The notes under the pieces: model-generated
What the model was told of the DNA's origin: nothing
The model's input: the letters and a program-made list of their open reading frames with translations, nothing else
The model's database searches: none
Part shown: positions 38,009-51,803 of the stretch, in pieces
How the letters are laid out: each line of letters opens with the position of its first letter
Numbering within the stretch: position 1 is the first letter of the stretch
Made by a program: the position numbers and the translations under genes
NCBI GenBank assembly: GCA_904063045.1
Contig: CAJFCJ010000023.1
Coordinates: 1-64,000, forward strand
Direction: 5' to 3'
Length of the DNA: 64,000 nt
DNA from: Dimorphilus gyrociliatus
Lineage: Eukaryota; Animalia; Annelida

Positions 38009-39028
38009 ATGAAGGCTTTTGTTCTCTCTCTTCTCCTTGTTGCTGGTTAGTACATCAACCTTTTAAATAAAATGCAACAATATTTCTCTTTCTTGCATCT
38101 TCAACACTATTTGTTCATTTACAGTAAGTGCAGCTCCTAAACGCCCATTTGCTCAAGTCACTACAAACTTGGGAAGAATTGTTGGTGGAACTGACGCCGT
38201 TAAAGGATCTTGGCCTTGGCAAGTGTCCCTTCAACGATGTACTAGTACTGGATGTACACACAAGTAAAATAACATTCAATTAAAGCATTCATCAAATGCT
38301 AAACAGTCTTTTAATTATCATCCATCAGTTGCGGTGCAGTTGTTTTGAATGAAAATTGGGTGTTGACTGCTGCCCACTGCATCCAGAATCCGGATCTCGA
38401 ATCACATCGTTTAGTTTTTGGTCTTCACGATCAAACCAAACAAGATGAAGCCGTCACTCTTAAACCATCAATTGTTAGATTCCATCCTGATTTTATCAAT
38501 GACGGTCCTTCCGGATTCCCCAACGATATTGGTGTTATGAAACTAGAATCTCCAGTCGATCTCTCCAGACCAGGAATCAGTGCAGCCAAACTTGCTCCCG
38601 CCGATGACTCCGCCCTTGACGGAACCGAATGTACTCTAACCGGCTGGGGAAGATTATACGGATTCGGACCATCTCCCAACATCCTCCAACAAGCCAACTC
38701 TAAGGTATTGACAACTGAAGATTGTCAACTTCAAGGAATTCCTCAAGCAGAGAGACAATACCATATTTGTCTTAATGACGATGACGAAACGACTGGAAGT
38801 TGTAATGTAAGTATTTCAGAGTGAATGTCTTGTTTTGGATAGATAATAATAGAATATTGTAAAATTCAGGGAGACTCTGGTGGTCCATTGAACTGTGACT
38901 TGAACGGTGAAAAGATTGTTGCTGGAGTAACATCATTCGGAGTTTTCGGTTGTCCACCTACTGCTCCATCAGTGTACGCAAGAGTTTCGCAATACTTGAC
39001 TTGGGTCAACGACAACACACAAGATTAA
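38009..39028 (+). CDS. S1A serine protease copy P1 (chymotrypsin/elastase-like; similar to earthworm fibrinolytic enzyme A), 4 exons
   Basis: Signal, propeptide NLGR|IVGG, TAAHC, NDIG, GSCN|[17 protein letters not shown]. Confidence 0.95.
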
Positions 39029-40274
39029 ATATTTCACAATTGAGATTTCTGTTTTAAATAAATAAAAGATAAATGTTTTGAAAAAATATGAATTTTGTTT
39101 TGTTATGAAAATGCAGTTGCATTTTATCGAGTAAACATTTTCTTTAATTTACACTTTTCCCAACATAATTCAAGGCATAAGAAACACGTCAGAGCTTTTC
39201 TGTTCTTGAAAATAAATACAAGCTGTCGACGTGTAGACTACAACCCTCATGACATATTATAGAAAATCAGATGCCTTAAGTACATCACCTCTTTTAACTT
39301 TGCTAGGTTTCATTAATATACAGTGAAGTCAACTTTTTACCGTCTTTAATTGTTAATTGATTTTTCCTCCTCAGAAGAAAATTTCTTTTCTTACTAATGA
39401 AAAGACAATTGTGAAACGTCCCTTTTTTTCTCAAGTAGCAGAGAACAATTATTCGAATATTGCTAGAACTGCGATCACACATCATTGTTTAGAGTTGTTT
39501 AGTTCAACTAAAATATAGGTTTACTACCTTTTAATTAAACTTCAAAGATAGGAAAGTCACCAGTTGGAAAATTTCACATGATGGAATATGAATCTTTTTC
39601 AGTTGTTGAAACTGGAGATGCAATCAACTCTTGTCTGTAGTGCTTGTAGGCTGGACATTCATGTTTTACCCATTTTATCTTTTGCCACCTGGAAATGACT
39701 TCTTCATATTATTTTGTCTAAAACCCTAAACCAACAAAATATCTTTTAATCTCTTTCACAAGTTTCTGATGAATCGTTAAGTAATTTAAAAAATTCGAGG
39801 TCATATGAGGGTTAAAACAGTGTTTGATGACTTCATGCTTCATTTTATCATCATGACAAGTTATTATCTGACTGATGAAAAAGTTGTGTTCATTAGCTAC
39901 ATTCACGTACGTCTTCCTGTTCAACAGGCAATTTGCTGTGGCTGAATACATGTGTCGTTGTAGTAGTTTTCATCAGGAAAAAAAATCTGATAAGGCTATA
40001 AATAGAACCACTTTCTCCGTCTATGTGCTATTTGTTCTACTAACTACCGATAGTGTCACGCCAGTAGTAAATACAATGAAAGCGACCAACAGAAGTCGGA
40101 AATTCTATTTATAGATACATAGTACGTATATTTCCGGCATCAATCTTGATGGTTAAAAATATGCTCACTTCCGTTGAACGATATTCAACCGTTTCTCATT
40201 CCTTTTTCACCACATGTCGTTTGTATATAAACGATGCAGAATTCAGTAAGATCATTGAATCTGTTTGGAGCAAC

Positions 40275-41311
40275 ATGAAAACTTTTATTTTGTTAGCAGC
40301 TCTCCTCTTTGCCGCAGGTTTGTTCCACATTTCTTTAATAAGCGTGTGATAAGCTTACAAGTTCTTACTATACACCTTAACCAGTTGTGTATTTATTCAT
40401 ATGCTTTTCACTCGAAATAGAAGCAGCACCGCAGAGAAAGTCATTAACGCTCTCGGTTCACGCCAAGAGAATTGTTAATGGAGTAGACGCAGTAAAAGGC
40501 TCTTGGCCATGGCAAGTATCCGTTCAAGCTTGCACCGCCGGATTTTGCACTCACAAGTAAGATTGTCTTGAACAGCTAATGACAAACATTTGACAACACA
40601 TTCTTACATTTCTAGCTGTGGTGGATCCATAATAAATGCTGAATGGGTTCTAACGGCCGCTCATTGTATTACGAATCCTGATCCTGAAGCTCATCGTTTG
40701 GTTTTTGGACTTCATGATAGAAGTGACGAATCCGAGTCCTTAATCCGAAAACCAACTGTAATTAGACCACACGAAGATTTCATTAACGATGGATTTTTAG
40801 CCTTTCCAAATGACGTTGGCGTCTTGAAAGTAGATAGCCCACTCGACTTGGCTCGTCCCAATATATCTCCAGCAAAGCTCGTATCAGCCGACGTAGGGCC
40901 ATTGGATGGAACCGAATGTACAATTACCGGCTGGGGTAGACTATACGGCGGTGGACCAATCCCGGAAATACTTCAACAAGCCACAACCAGAGTCCTTTCA
41001 AATGACGATTGCATATCCCAAGGAATTGGTCAAGCGCAGTATCAATATCATATTTGTGTGAATGATGACGATGGTTCAAACGGATCTTGCAACGTTCGTA
41101 TAGATTTAACAGCCGTCGTATGAATGTGAATAATGAGATTTTTTTCATAAAACAGGGAGATTCCGGAGGTCCACTCAACTGTCCCGTAGGAAATGATCAA
41201 CAGGTTGCAGGTGTAGCATCATTTGTTGTGACAGGATGTTCGGTAACCGCTCCGGCCGGATACGCAAGAGTCTCAGAATATATTAGCTGGATTGAAGAAA
41301 ACACGCAATAA
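40275..41311 (+). CDS. S1A serine protease copy P2 (divergent paralog), 4 exons
   Basis: HAKR|IVNG, TAAHC, NDVG, GSCN|[15 protein letters not shown]. Same intron positions as P1. Confidence 0.95.
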
Positions 41312-42673
41312 ACTATAAATTTCCTCTATTTTGAATAAATACAGATTTTACTTTGAATTCAACATAAAACTCTTTAGTTTAAGTTTTCACAATTGACACT
41401 TTAATTATAGCATGTAATCGACAATATAACAATCAACAATTCAGATGTTTTTTGTCTCTGCAGCATATTTTATGCGCAAATATAAGACAAGGCGAATTTG
41501 TTCTTGAGATGTCAATGCAACAAATTCAAACTATTTAAATATAAGTGATCCATTTTTTCACCAATTTATTAATGTTTTCATTTTCATCCGTCTTAGTAGC
41601 TGTATTTCTGCAAGAATTTCACTGAGCATGTATATTAAAATATCAGTTTAAAGGCTTTCAGCTTCAAGATAAACCTTTGCTTATCAAAAAGATTAACATT
41701 TTTTAACGATCACTTGTTTGTTATGCAAATATTGTTTTTTAATTTGGGTTACAACTTTTATCCGCACTTAAACTGGGGAAATTTCCTTTTCGTCCAATTT
41801 GCCAGTTTACCACGACTCTCCGATTGAAGGATGGATTCATCAGAAACACGTTGATGTCTTTTTAATATTTCCTCTGTTCATCATTTTCCGGAAGGGAAAG
41901 CTTCAGTTTCTCGAAATATTCGAAATTTCTTTTCCAATCCCTCTTTTATGGGAATGAGGTGTATTTTCAGTATCAAATCTGTCTTTCAAATTTGTTTACA
42001 CATGCCAAACATCTCTTGTTTTTCTTCCCAAACATACATGTCCAAAATGTTTTATTCATCTTTTCGCCTTAATTGTACATCCATAGCAGTCACACGCAAA
42101 AGAAGGCTATTTGCATTCAGAGCAAAATTTGCCGTTGCTATACAATATTACTCTTAATCATTAGTTCCTTGCAATAGTTTTAAGCAAAAATAACATTTCA
42201 ATCTGATCTATTTTCGTGTTTCTATTTGTAAAAATACTGTTTCATTTATGAGCAAGCATTTTCCTTTCATCAATTACTTCCGATTCATGTCTAACATCAA
42301 CTTCTTCTTCCATCGCAGAGCTAAATCATTCTTTGGGCTCAGAGAGTGATGCTCAAAGGTGGCCACATTAGTTATCTTGAATTCTCAAAGCGATTCCTAT
42401 TTTTTAGGACTATAACAAAAAAAAGACGGAAATTTTTCAACTCCAAATTTCGTAATTAGCCTATTTTGACTTGAATCTAACTTAAAAAATATGTCTTTCT
42501 TTATAAATTGAAAGTTATCTTTGTTGCTAAATATAAACTTCCGATCCACTGATAAACAATTGCACTCTTTAGCTAAACTTATCTTTTTCCCACGGTTCAT
42601 TCATTATATAAACGCCATGAAATTCTTCAATTTCATTATTCCACTTTGAATAACAACATCTCAACAAACTATC

Positions 42674-43694
42674 ATGAAGGCTTTCATTCTCTCTCTTCTC
42701 CTTGTTGCTGGTTAGTACATCAACCTTTCATATAAAATGCAATAAATCTTCTCTTTCTTGCATCTTCAACACCATTTTGTTCATTTACAGTAAGTGCAGC
42801 TCCTAAACGCCCATTTGCTCAAGTCACTACAAACTTGGGAAGAATTGTTGGTGGAACTGACGCCGTTAAAGGATCTTGGCCTTGGCAAGTGTCCCTTCAA
42901 CGATGTACTAGTACTGGATGTACACACAAGTAAAATAACATTCAATTAAAGCATTCATCAAATGCTAAACAGTCTTTTAATTATCATCCATCAGTTGCGG
43001 TGCAGTTGTTTTGAATGAAAATTGGGTGTTGACTGCTGCCCACTGCATCCAGAATCCGGATCTCGAATCACATCGTTTAGTTTTTGGTCTTCACGATCAA
43101 ACCAAACAAGATGAAGCCGTCACTCTTAAACCATCAATTGTTAGATTCCATCCTGATTTTATCAATGACGGTCCTTCCGGATTCCCCAACGATATTGGTG
43201 TTATGAAACTAGAATCTCCAGTCGATCTCTCCAGACCAGGAATCAGTCCAGCCAAACTTGCTCCCGCCGATGATTCCGCCCTTGACGGAACCGAATGTAC
43301 TCTAACCGGCTGGGGAAGATTATACGGATTCGGACCAACTCCCAACATCCTCCAACAAGCCAACTCTAAGGTATTGACAACTGAAGAATGTCAACTTCAA
43401 GGAGTTCCACAAGCGGAGAGACAATACCATATTTGTCTTAACGACGATGATGAAGAGACTGGAAGTTGTAGAGTAAGTATTTCAGAGTAAATGTCGTGTT
43501 TTGGATAGATAATAATAGAGTATACTAAAATTCAGGGAGATTCTGGTGGTCCATTGAACTGTAACTTGAATGGTGAAAAGATTGTTGCTGGAGTAACATC
43601 ATTCGGAATTTTGGGTTGTCCACCTTCAGCTCCATCAGTGTACGCAAGAGTTTCGCAATTCTTGACTTGGATCAACGAAAACACACAAGATTAA
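42674..43694 (+). CDS. S1A serine protease copy P3
   Basis: Near-identical to P1; GSCR|GDSGG, SFGILG. Confidence 0.95.
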
Positions 43695-44124
43695 TTATTT
43701 CACAATAATAGGCAATCAAATATAAATTTGCTTTATTTTGAATAAATACAGATTTTACTTTGAGTTCTACATGAAACGAGTTTTCACCGTTATTGTAGTT
43801 TTAAAAATTGCAGAAAGTTTGTGGTTAAATAAGTGAAATAGTGAAATAGTTTTATGGAATTTTTTGTGTTTTTTGAAGATTCACAGATTGTATTGTAGAC
43901 TTTAACCGAATAATTGCGGCAGTGTTTTAACATTAAAACGTAAAATGTTCAAGATAACATGGAAATGTGGAGAATATGGTTTATTAGTTTTTGCATAAAG
44001 TTACTAGTTCACTTATTTTTTTGTTGAAAAATTCATTTTTGTGACAGAATATTTTTGTTAAGTCATGTGAAGAAGATTATTAATAAAAATATATTATAAA
44101 CAATGACGAATATTTTTAGGACTG

Positions 44125-45090
44125 TTATGTGCGTTTAAAGGAGAATTTTTTTTTCCAATTTTCTAGGTTTTTCTTTAAAACCTTCTTAAAAGTTGCATTT
44201 GTGCTGCCGTATATAAGGGTATTCCAGAATCCATTAAGTGCTATGAAATATATAGCTATTAAATGTAAATGATATAGATCGTTGGTTAATGACATGGTAC
44301 TTAGTGTTAAATCAACTGCAGTTATGGACCACGACATATAGTAAGTTATAACTATCAAGAACACTGTGCGGAGGCCTTTTCTATTCTTTTTAACACTTTC
44401 TGAAACGATTTGAGAAGTACCAATTTTATTTAATTTATTAAAAATTATTAGAATATGAGCATACATGAAGATCATAAGAGCTGATGTAAGTCCGTAATCG
44501 ACTAATATGATAACCAACCACCATACAGGTTCTTTATGAAAAGTAACTGTGCATAAAAATGCATCAGTTGTTAATGTTATATTTGAACTAAAGAGAAATT
44601 TTATTGCAAATATTAACTGAATTCCAAAAATGAATAAAACTATTGCATAAAGAAGCTTTTTCGTAACGATCGCATCGTATCTTAATGGTCTATGGATAGC
44701 GATATATCTATCACCATTAAGAATTAATAGTATTTGCAAAGATAATCCAGAAAAGAATGGATAAAATCCAGCTTGAATTACGCATACTGACCAAGGTAGG
44801 TTGTGAGAAACGTCAGCTACAAAACTTGAAAAACTCAAAATAGCTGATGTACAAATATCTATTGCAGATAATATAAGCATTAAGGTTCCATTAACAGTTA
44901 AAAGTTCTTTACAGCTTATAAATATGTAAATAGAGAAACAATTTACAAAGAGTACCATAAAAAAAAATATAAACATAATTTCATGTAGAAAATGAACACC
45001 TTCCGCCAAATAGAAACCACCTTCAAGTAAAGATATAGTTGGACAAAACTTACATGTATAATTGTACTTATTAAGGAACGTTGACGCCAT
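44125..45090 (-). CDS. Orphan class A GPCR, single coding exon, paralog of the 15403-16380 receptor
   Basis: 7 TM, ILSAID, NGDRY..RPLRY, YYMSW, NTLIY. Shares YNYTC..CP and ALNGF.N..IYG with the other receptor. Confidence 0.9.
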   Translation of the reverse strand: MASTFLNKYNYTCKFCPTISLLEGGFYLAEGVHFLHEIMFIFFFMVLFVNCFSIYIFISCKELLTVNGTLMLILSAIDICTSAILSFSSFVADVSHNLPWSVCVIQAGFYPFFSGLSLQILLILNGDRYIAIHRPLRYDAIVTKKLLYAIVLFIFGIQLIFAIKFLFSSNITLTTDAFLCTVTFHKEPVWWLVIILVDYGLTSALMIFMYAHILIIFNKLNKIGTSQIVSESVKKNRKGLRTVFLIVITYYMSWSITAVDLTLSTMSLTNDLYHLHLIAIYFIALNGFWNTLIYGSTNATFKKVLKKNLENWKKKFSFKRT

Positions 45091-46161
45091 TTTTTCTCAA
45101 TTGCAAGTATTGAAATGCATGTTTTTTAACATGTTCCATTCTTATATCATAATATTCACTTATCAATTTATTAGCATTAAAAAACTTAATTTATTAATGT
45201 TTCTTTCATTATGTTTCAATTGAAAAGAAAAATATAATCTTTTATTATTAACATTAGCTAGTTATAAAAACAGTAAACGAAACAATTATTCAATTAAGAC
45301 AATAATTGATGCAAAATAAAATACATTTCGTATTATTTCATATAAATTTTATTCTACTCTCCTTCACACTAATAACTATCTTCCAGAAATAAAGGATATC
45401 TCCAGGTTATCTATACACGTCATCCAACACCAAAGAATGAGAAAACATTAACATATTTTTCAAAAATTTCTATTCAGCACTTAGCATGATAATCGCTGTG
45501 CTTTAGCCATATTTCTTATCATCATTGAATTTACTACCAAAAATGTCTTTTATATTCATAAAAAACAAGACAGAAAGAAATCTTAATCGTTTCGTTTCCA
45601 ATAATTATTAGAAACGAAACGATTAAAATTTACAAGGTTGTATGTTGATAGCATTGGCTGTAGAGTTTGGTCAATGATCCATCATTGAAATCATATATAC
45701 TACCAAATCACTTCAAGCAGATTTAACATAGCATTCATCTACAATTTGGCAAAGAGACAATGAATGAAAACTTGAATGTTTAACCTATTAAAGCTATTAA
45801 TCAGCGCATAACATATCTCATATTATATTAAAAGAAAAAATTCAATCTATTCTCTTCAAAATCAATAATGATTGATAATCATCAATATTAATTAACTTGA
45901 GTATGAAGTTTATTTCCATTATATGATTTTATACAAGGTATCTAATATTCTAGGACATCTGAGCAGTCATCTACTATTACTCTATACTGTTGATAAGCTA
46001 AAATATCGTTGAAGTCTCTTTCTCAAAAACAGAAACAATATGAAATACTTTTTTTTCTTCAATGTTTAGTAAAAACTAAATTCATAGAAATAAGCCTTGA
46101 CATTCTTTTTAATTTATTTGTCATTTATTTATTTAAAACGGAAATTTCAATTTTGAAATAT

Positions 46162-47174
46162 TTAATCTTGTGTGTTTTTGTTGATCCAAGTCAAGAATTG
46201 CGAAACTCTTGCGTACACCGAAGGAGTAGAAGGTGGACAACCGAAAACTCCGAATGATGTTACTCCAGCAACAATCTTTTCACCGTTCAAGTCACAGTTC
46301 AATGGACCACCAGAATCTCCCTGAAGTTTGGAATACTCTATTATTATCTATCCAAAACACGACATTCACTCTGAAATACTTACATTACAACTTCCGGTCG
46401 TTTCATCATCGTCGTTAAGACAAATATGGTATTGTCTCTCTGCTTGAGGAATTCCTTGAAGTTGACAATCTTCAGTTGTCAATACCTTAGAGTTGGCTTG
46501 TTGGAGGATGTTGGGAGATGGTCCGAATCCGTATAATCTTCCCCAGCCGGTTAGAGTACATTCGGTTCCGTCAAGGGCGGAATCATCGGTGGGAGCAAGT
46601 TTGGCTGGACTGATTCCTGGTCTGGAGAGATCGACTGGAGATTCTAGTTTCATAACACCAATATCGTTGGGGAATCCTATAGAACCGTCATTGATAAAAT
46701 CAGGATGGGGTCTGACAATTGTTGGTTTAAGAGTGACGGCTTCGTCTTGTTTGGTTTGATCGTGAAGACCAAAAACTAAACGATGTGATTCGAGATCCGG
46801 ATTCTGGATGCAGTGGGCAGCAGTCAACACCCAATTTTCGTTCAAAACAACTGCACCGCAACTGATAGACGATAACTTGTTTAGTATTTAATGAATGTTT
46901 TAACTGACCAATATTTTACTTGTGTGTACATCCTTCGATATCACATCGTTGAAGGGACACTTGCCAAGGCCAAGATCCTTTAACAGCATCAGTTCCACCA
47001 ACAATTCCTCTCAAGTTTGAAGTGACGTGAGCAAATGGGCGTTTAGGAGCTGCACTTACTGTAAAGGAACAAATATTGTTGAGGATGCAATAAAAAGAAA
47101 TATTGTTGCATTTTATGTAAAAGGTTGATGTACTAACCAGCAAGAAGGAGAAGAGAGAGAACGAAAGCCTTCAT
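46162..47174 (-). CDS. S1A serine protease copy P4
   Basis: Intact catalytic triad. Propeptide ends NLRG|IVGG; loops CDIEGC and DGSIGF differ from the other copies. Confidence 0.93.
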
Positions 47175-48181
47175 GATAGTTTGTTGAAATGCTGTTTTTC
47201 AAAGTCGAATAATGAAATTGAAGAGTTTGATGGCGTTTATATAATGAATGAACCGTGGGAAAAGCTAAGTGTAAGTTTACACTGCATTCGTTTATCAGTA
47301 GATCGGAAGTTTATATTTAGCAACAAAGATGCCTGTAGATTTAGAAAGCGGGACATATTATTATTAATGAGATTCAAGTCAGAAGAGGCTAAATGTGAAA
47401 TCTAAAAAGGTCAATATAAGTTGTATTTGAGTAAAACGGGTATTTATATTTAGAAGGAAAGTGAACCTATACATTATATCCTTATATAATTTGAAGAATG
47501 TGAAAATGGCAAAGGTAGAAGTATAAATGACTGTTGAATGAAAGTTTTCAAAATTCTTTGCTAGTGTAATTAACCTTGGGAGAGAAGGAGTGATTGTGAG
47601 AACAATTGAATTATTAGGTGTCGCCTACTCTGCAGAATTTCTTATGTTATTTTTATATTGTTTTTTTTTCACTTTTTGTTCAATCAACACTGTCAATATA
47701 GAACAAAGCTTCACAAGTCTTATATTGTAAATCACTATAGATTACTTTAATTGTTTTTATCATAAGTGTGAGACTTCCGGTGGTTTAAAAAATACTAGGA
47801 CACAGAATGAGAAAGTAAATACATCATAGCCTTATCTGGTGTCCTTTTCTTCATCCACATTAGTTACTTATGGTGTAGGCAAGTACAAAGGAATGGAGCT
47901 ATTAACTTATATGTTTTTATTATTCACAACAGAATTCCCTATAAATGATGAAGATAACTATGGTAGCATTAATTACCCATTTTTACTTTTGAATGGTGTG
48001 AAAATTACTGTTAAAATGAATGTTGATGGCATTGGCTGCAGTGTTTGGTCAATGATCCATCATTGAAATCATATATACCGCGAAATGACGTCAGGTAGAT
48101 TCAGAATAGCATTCATCTCCAATTTGTAAAAGGGACAATGAATGAAAACTTTTATGATTAACCTTTTAAAGCTATAAATCA

Positions 48182-49390
48182 ACAGGACTGATAATAATGA
48201 GATTCTTCACGGCAGAGAAACTGCTGGATGAATGGGAAGAATCCATCACTAGGGAACTGGAAGACGGAGTAGCAGAAACCAGAAGAAAAATAAAGAAGTA
48301 TCTGACAATGATTGAGAACGATTATTCACCTAAAGCTGATAACAGGAAAGGAATGGGCTTGATTAATGAAATAAGAAAAGTAGATGTTGAAGCACACATA
48401 AAAAACATATACATAGGAGCAGTGGGAAACATGTCTGAGAAAAATGGTATTACATAAAAACTGATACCTCAGACACGACATTAGGGGTAGCCATCTATGC
48501 AAGTGCAGGTGGATTCAATAAAATACTAATGTCAAAGGCATTGATGGTTAGACCAGTGATGAAACAACACCAAGGCATGATCTTGCTATTGCATTATTGG
48601 AGGTGAAATTGGCACTAGAAGTGAGTGAGCAAAGGAGTGGCAAGAAAGCCAGCTCTATTCTTAACAGACTCTAAAGTAGTCTTAAGGTATATCAAGAATG
48701 ATGAGATACCCATGGAAAAATACGCCCGAACAAGGGTACTGGAGATACGGCAACACATGGACGCTGACCAATGGCGACACAGCAAGGAAAACCATGCAGG
48801 GTCCTGCTATTAAAAAAACTGGCTAATAATGAACTCGACCTTCTGATGTTCTTATCACAAAGGGCAGGAGGGAGGCTGGTCCATGAGAGTGCAACTCACC
48901 AAAAGGTGGAAAGGGCCATACGGGAAGCCCAAATGGAAATTGATCCAAAATGATTGGCGAAATATGCCAGTGTAAGAGGAAAAGACGGAATGCGAATCCA
49001 ACTGAGACGACTAGAGAAGAAGGAGAACAACATCGAGAACCATGGGGTCTTGGACGGAAAATCAGCAATTGGAAACCTACTGGTGAAGAAAATTAATGAA
49101 GAAAATTGTCACACTCCTTTGGCTAGAATGAGAGCAATCTTTAGGAAGACCTATTGGCTATTGAATGAAGTGGCAATAATAAGGCGGGTCATTACAGAAT
49201 GCGACCATTGCAGGAGGTAGAGAACTACAATCCGGCACAAAAAGAGAGGAAACAAAGCATACTCGTTCAAAATTGGAAAAGAATTGGAAGTTTTTAAATA
49301 TATTGGTTTCGACCACTTTGGGCCCTTTAAACTGAAGAAAGGAGGCAAGGTCAACGTATTGCTCCTCACATGCCAACAGAGCAAGGCGGT
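48182..49390 (+). mobile_element. Degenerate BEL/Pao pol fragment (RNase H/Peptidase_A17 region plus integrase N-terminus), no LTRs
   Basis: With frameshifts: TDTSDTTLGVAIY..ILMSKA, TPRHDL, TDSKVVLRYI, RVLEIRQ..QWRH, H..LARMRAIFRKTYW..RRVITECDHCRR, FKYIGFDHFGPF..VLLLTC..KAV. Confidence 0.9.
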
Positions 49391-49522
49391 GAAACAATAT
49401 AAAATACTTTTTTTTCTTCAATGTTTAGTAAAAATTCAATTCATAGAAATACGTCTTCATATTTGTTTATTAACTTATTTGTCGTTTATTTATTTAAAAC
49501 AGAAATCTCAATTGTGAAATGT

Positions 49523-50542
49523 TTAATCTTGTGTGTTGTCATTGATCCAAGTCAAGTATTGCGAAACTCTTGCGTACACTGATGGAGCAGTAGGTGGACA
49601 ACCGAAAACTCCGAATGATGTTACTCCAGCAACAATCTTTTCACCGTTCAAGTCACAGTTCAATGGACCACCAGAATCTCCCTGAAGTTTGGAATACTCT
49701 ATTATTATCTATCCAAAACACGACATTCACTCTGAAATACTTACATTACAACTTCCGGTCGTTTCATCATCGTCGTTAAGACAAATATGGTATTGTCTCT
49801 CTGCTTGAGGAATTCCTTGAAGTTGACAATCTTCAGTTGTCAATACCTTAGAGTTGGCTTGTTGGAGGATGTTGGGAGATGGTCCGAATCCGTATAATCT
49901 TCCCCAGCCGGTTAGAGTACATTCGGTTCCGTCGAGGGCGGAGTCATCAGCAGGGGCAAGTTTGGCTGCACTGATTCCTGGTCTGGAGAGATCGACTGGA
50001 GATTCTAGTTTCATAACACCAATATCGTTGGGGAATCCGGAAGGACCGTCATTGATAAAATCAGGATGGAATCTAACAATTGATGGTTTAAGAGTGACGG
50101 CTTCATCTTGTTTGGTTTGATCGTGAAGACCAAAAACTAAACGATGTGATTCGAGATCCGGATTCTGGATGCAGTGGGCAGCAGTCAACACCCAATTTTC
50201 ATTCAAAACAACTGCACCGCAACTGATGGATGATAATTAAAAGACTGTTTAGCATTTGATGAATGCTTTAATTGAATGTTATTTTACTTGTGTGTACATC
50301 CAGTACTAGTACATCGTTGAAGGGACACTTGCCAAGGCCAAGATCCTTTAACGGCGTCAGTTCCACCAACAATTCTTCCCAAGTTTGTAGTGACTTGAGC
50401 AAATGGGCGTTTAGGAGCTGCACTTACTGTAAATGAACAAATATTGTTGAAGATGCAAGAAAGAGAAGATTTATTGTATTTCATATGAAAGGTTGATGTA
50501 CTAACCAGCAACAAGGAGAAGAGAGAGAATGAAAGCCTTCAT
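49523..50542 (-). CDS. S1A serine protease copy P5
   Basis: The translated large exon is identical to P1 in the ORF track; triad intact. Confidence 0.95.
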
Positions 50543-51803
50543 GATAGTTTGTTGAGATGTTGTTATTCAAAGTGGAATAATGAAATTGAAGAATTTCATG
50601 GCGTTTATATAATGAATGAACCGTGGGAAAAAGATAAGTTTACCTAAGAGTGCAATTGTTTATCAGTGGATCGGAAGTTTATATTTAGCAACAAAGATGC
50701 CTGTAGATTTAAAAAGCGGGACATATTATTTGAATGAGATTCAAGTGAAAAGAGGCTAAATATGAAATGTAAAAAGGCCAATATAAGATATAGTTGATTA
50801 AAACGGATGTTTATATTTAGCAGCAGAGTGAACCTTGATATTATAACCATAAATAAGTTAGAGAATGTGAAAATGGGAAATACAGAAGTATAAATGACTT
50901 TTAAGTGAAAATTTTAAAAATTCTTTGCTAGTGTAATTAACCTTGGGAGAGAAGGAGTGATTGTGAGAACAATTGAATTATTAGGTGTCACCTACTCTGC
51001 AGAATTTCTTAAGTTATTTTTATACTGTTCTTTTTCACCATTTGTTCAATCAACACTGTCAATAGCGAACAAGTGTTTACAAGTCTTTTATTGTAAATCA
51101 CTATAGATTACTTTAATTGCATTCATCATAAGCATGAGACTTCCGGTGGTTTAAAAGATACTAGGACCTAGGACACGGAATGAGAAAGTAAATACATCGT
51201 AGCCTAATCTGGTGTCCTTTTCTTCATCCAGTTACTTTTGCATAGGTAAGTACAATGAATGGAGCGACTAACCTAAATGTTTGGTCAGTCAATGACCCGT
51301 CATTGAAATCATATATACTGCGAAATGACGTCTGGTAGACTTATTATAGGATTTATCTGCAATTTGGAAAAGGGACAATGAATGAAAACTTGAATGATTA
51401 ACCGATTAAAGCTATACATTAGCGCATAAGATATCTCATATTTTTTTAACAGAAAGAATTCAATCTATCCTCTTCAAAAATCAATACTGACAGATAATCA
51501 TTCGTTAACTTGAGTATGTATTGCATTATCATTATAACACAAACAGGAACAGTTTATAGTGAGTGAATTTTATAAAGGGTGTCTGTTATTCCAGGACATC
51601 TCAATAATCTCTAATTATTACTCTATACTGTTGATAGCTTAAATGTTGATGAATTTTGTCAATGCAAAACAGAAACAATATAAAATACGTTTGTTTCTTC
51701 AATGTTTAGTAAAAATTCAATTCATAGAAATACGTATTCATATTTGTTTATTAATTTTATTGTCGTTTATTTATTAAAAACAGAAATCTCAATTGTGAAA
51801 TGT

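Noticed and set aside
39540-42400. Possible decayed coding or transposase remnants at about 39540-39950 and 41750-42400 (minus strand)
   Set aside because: Interrupted frames and no family motif I could confidently identify; needs a TBLASTX or Dfam search.
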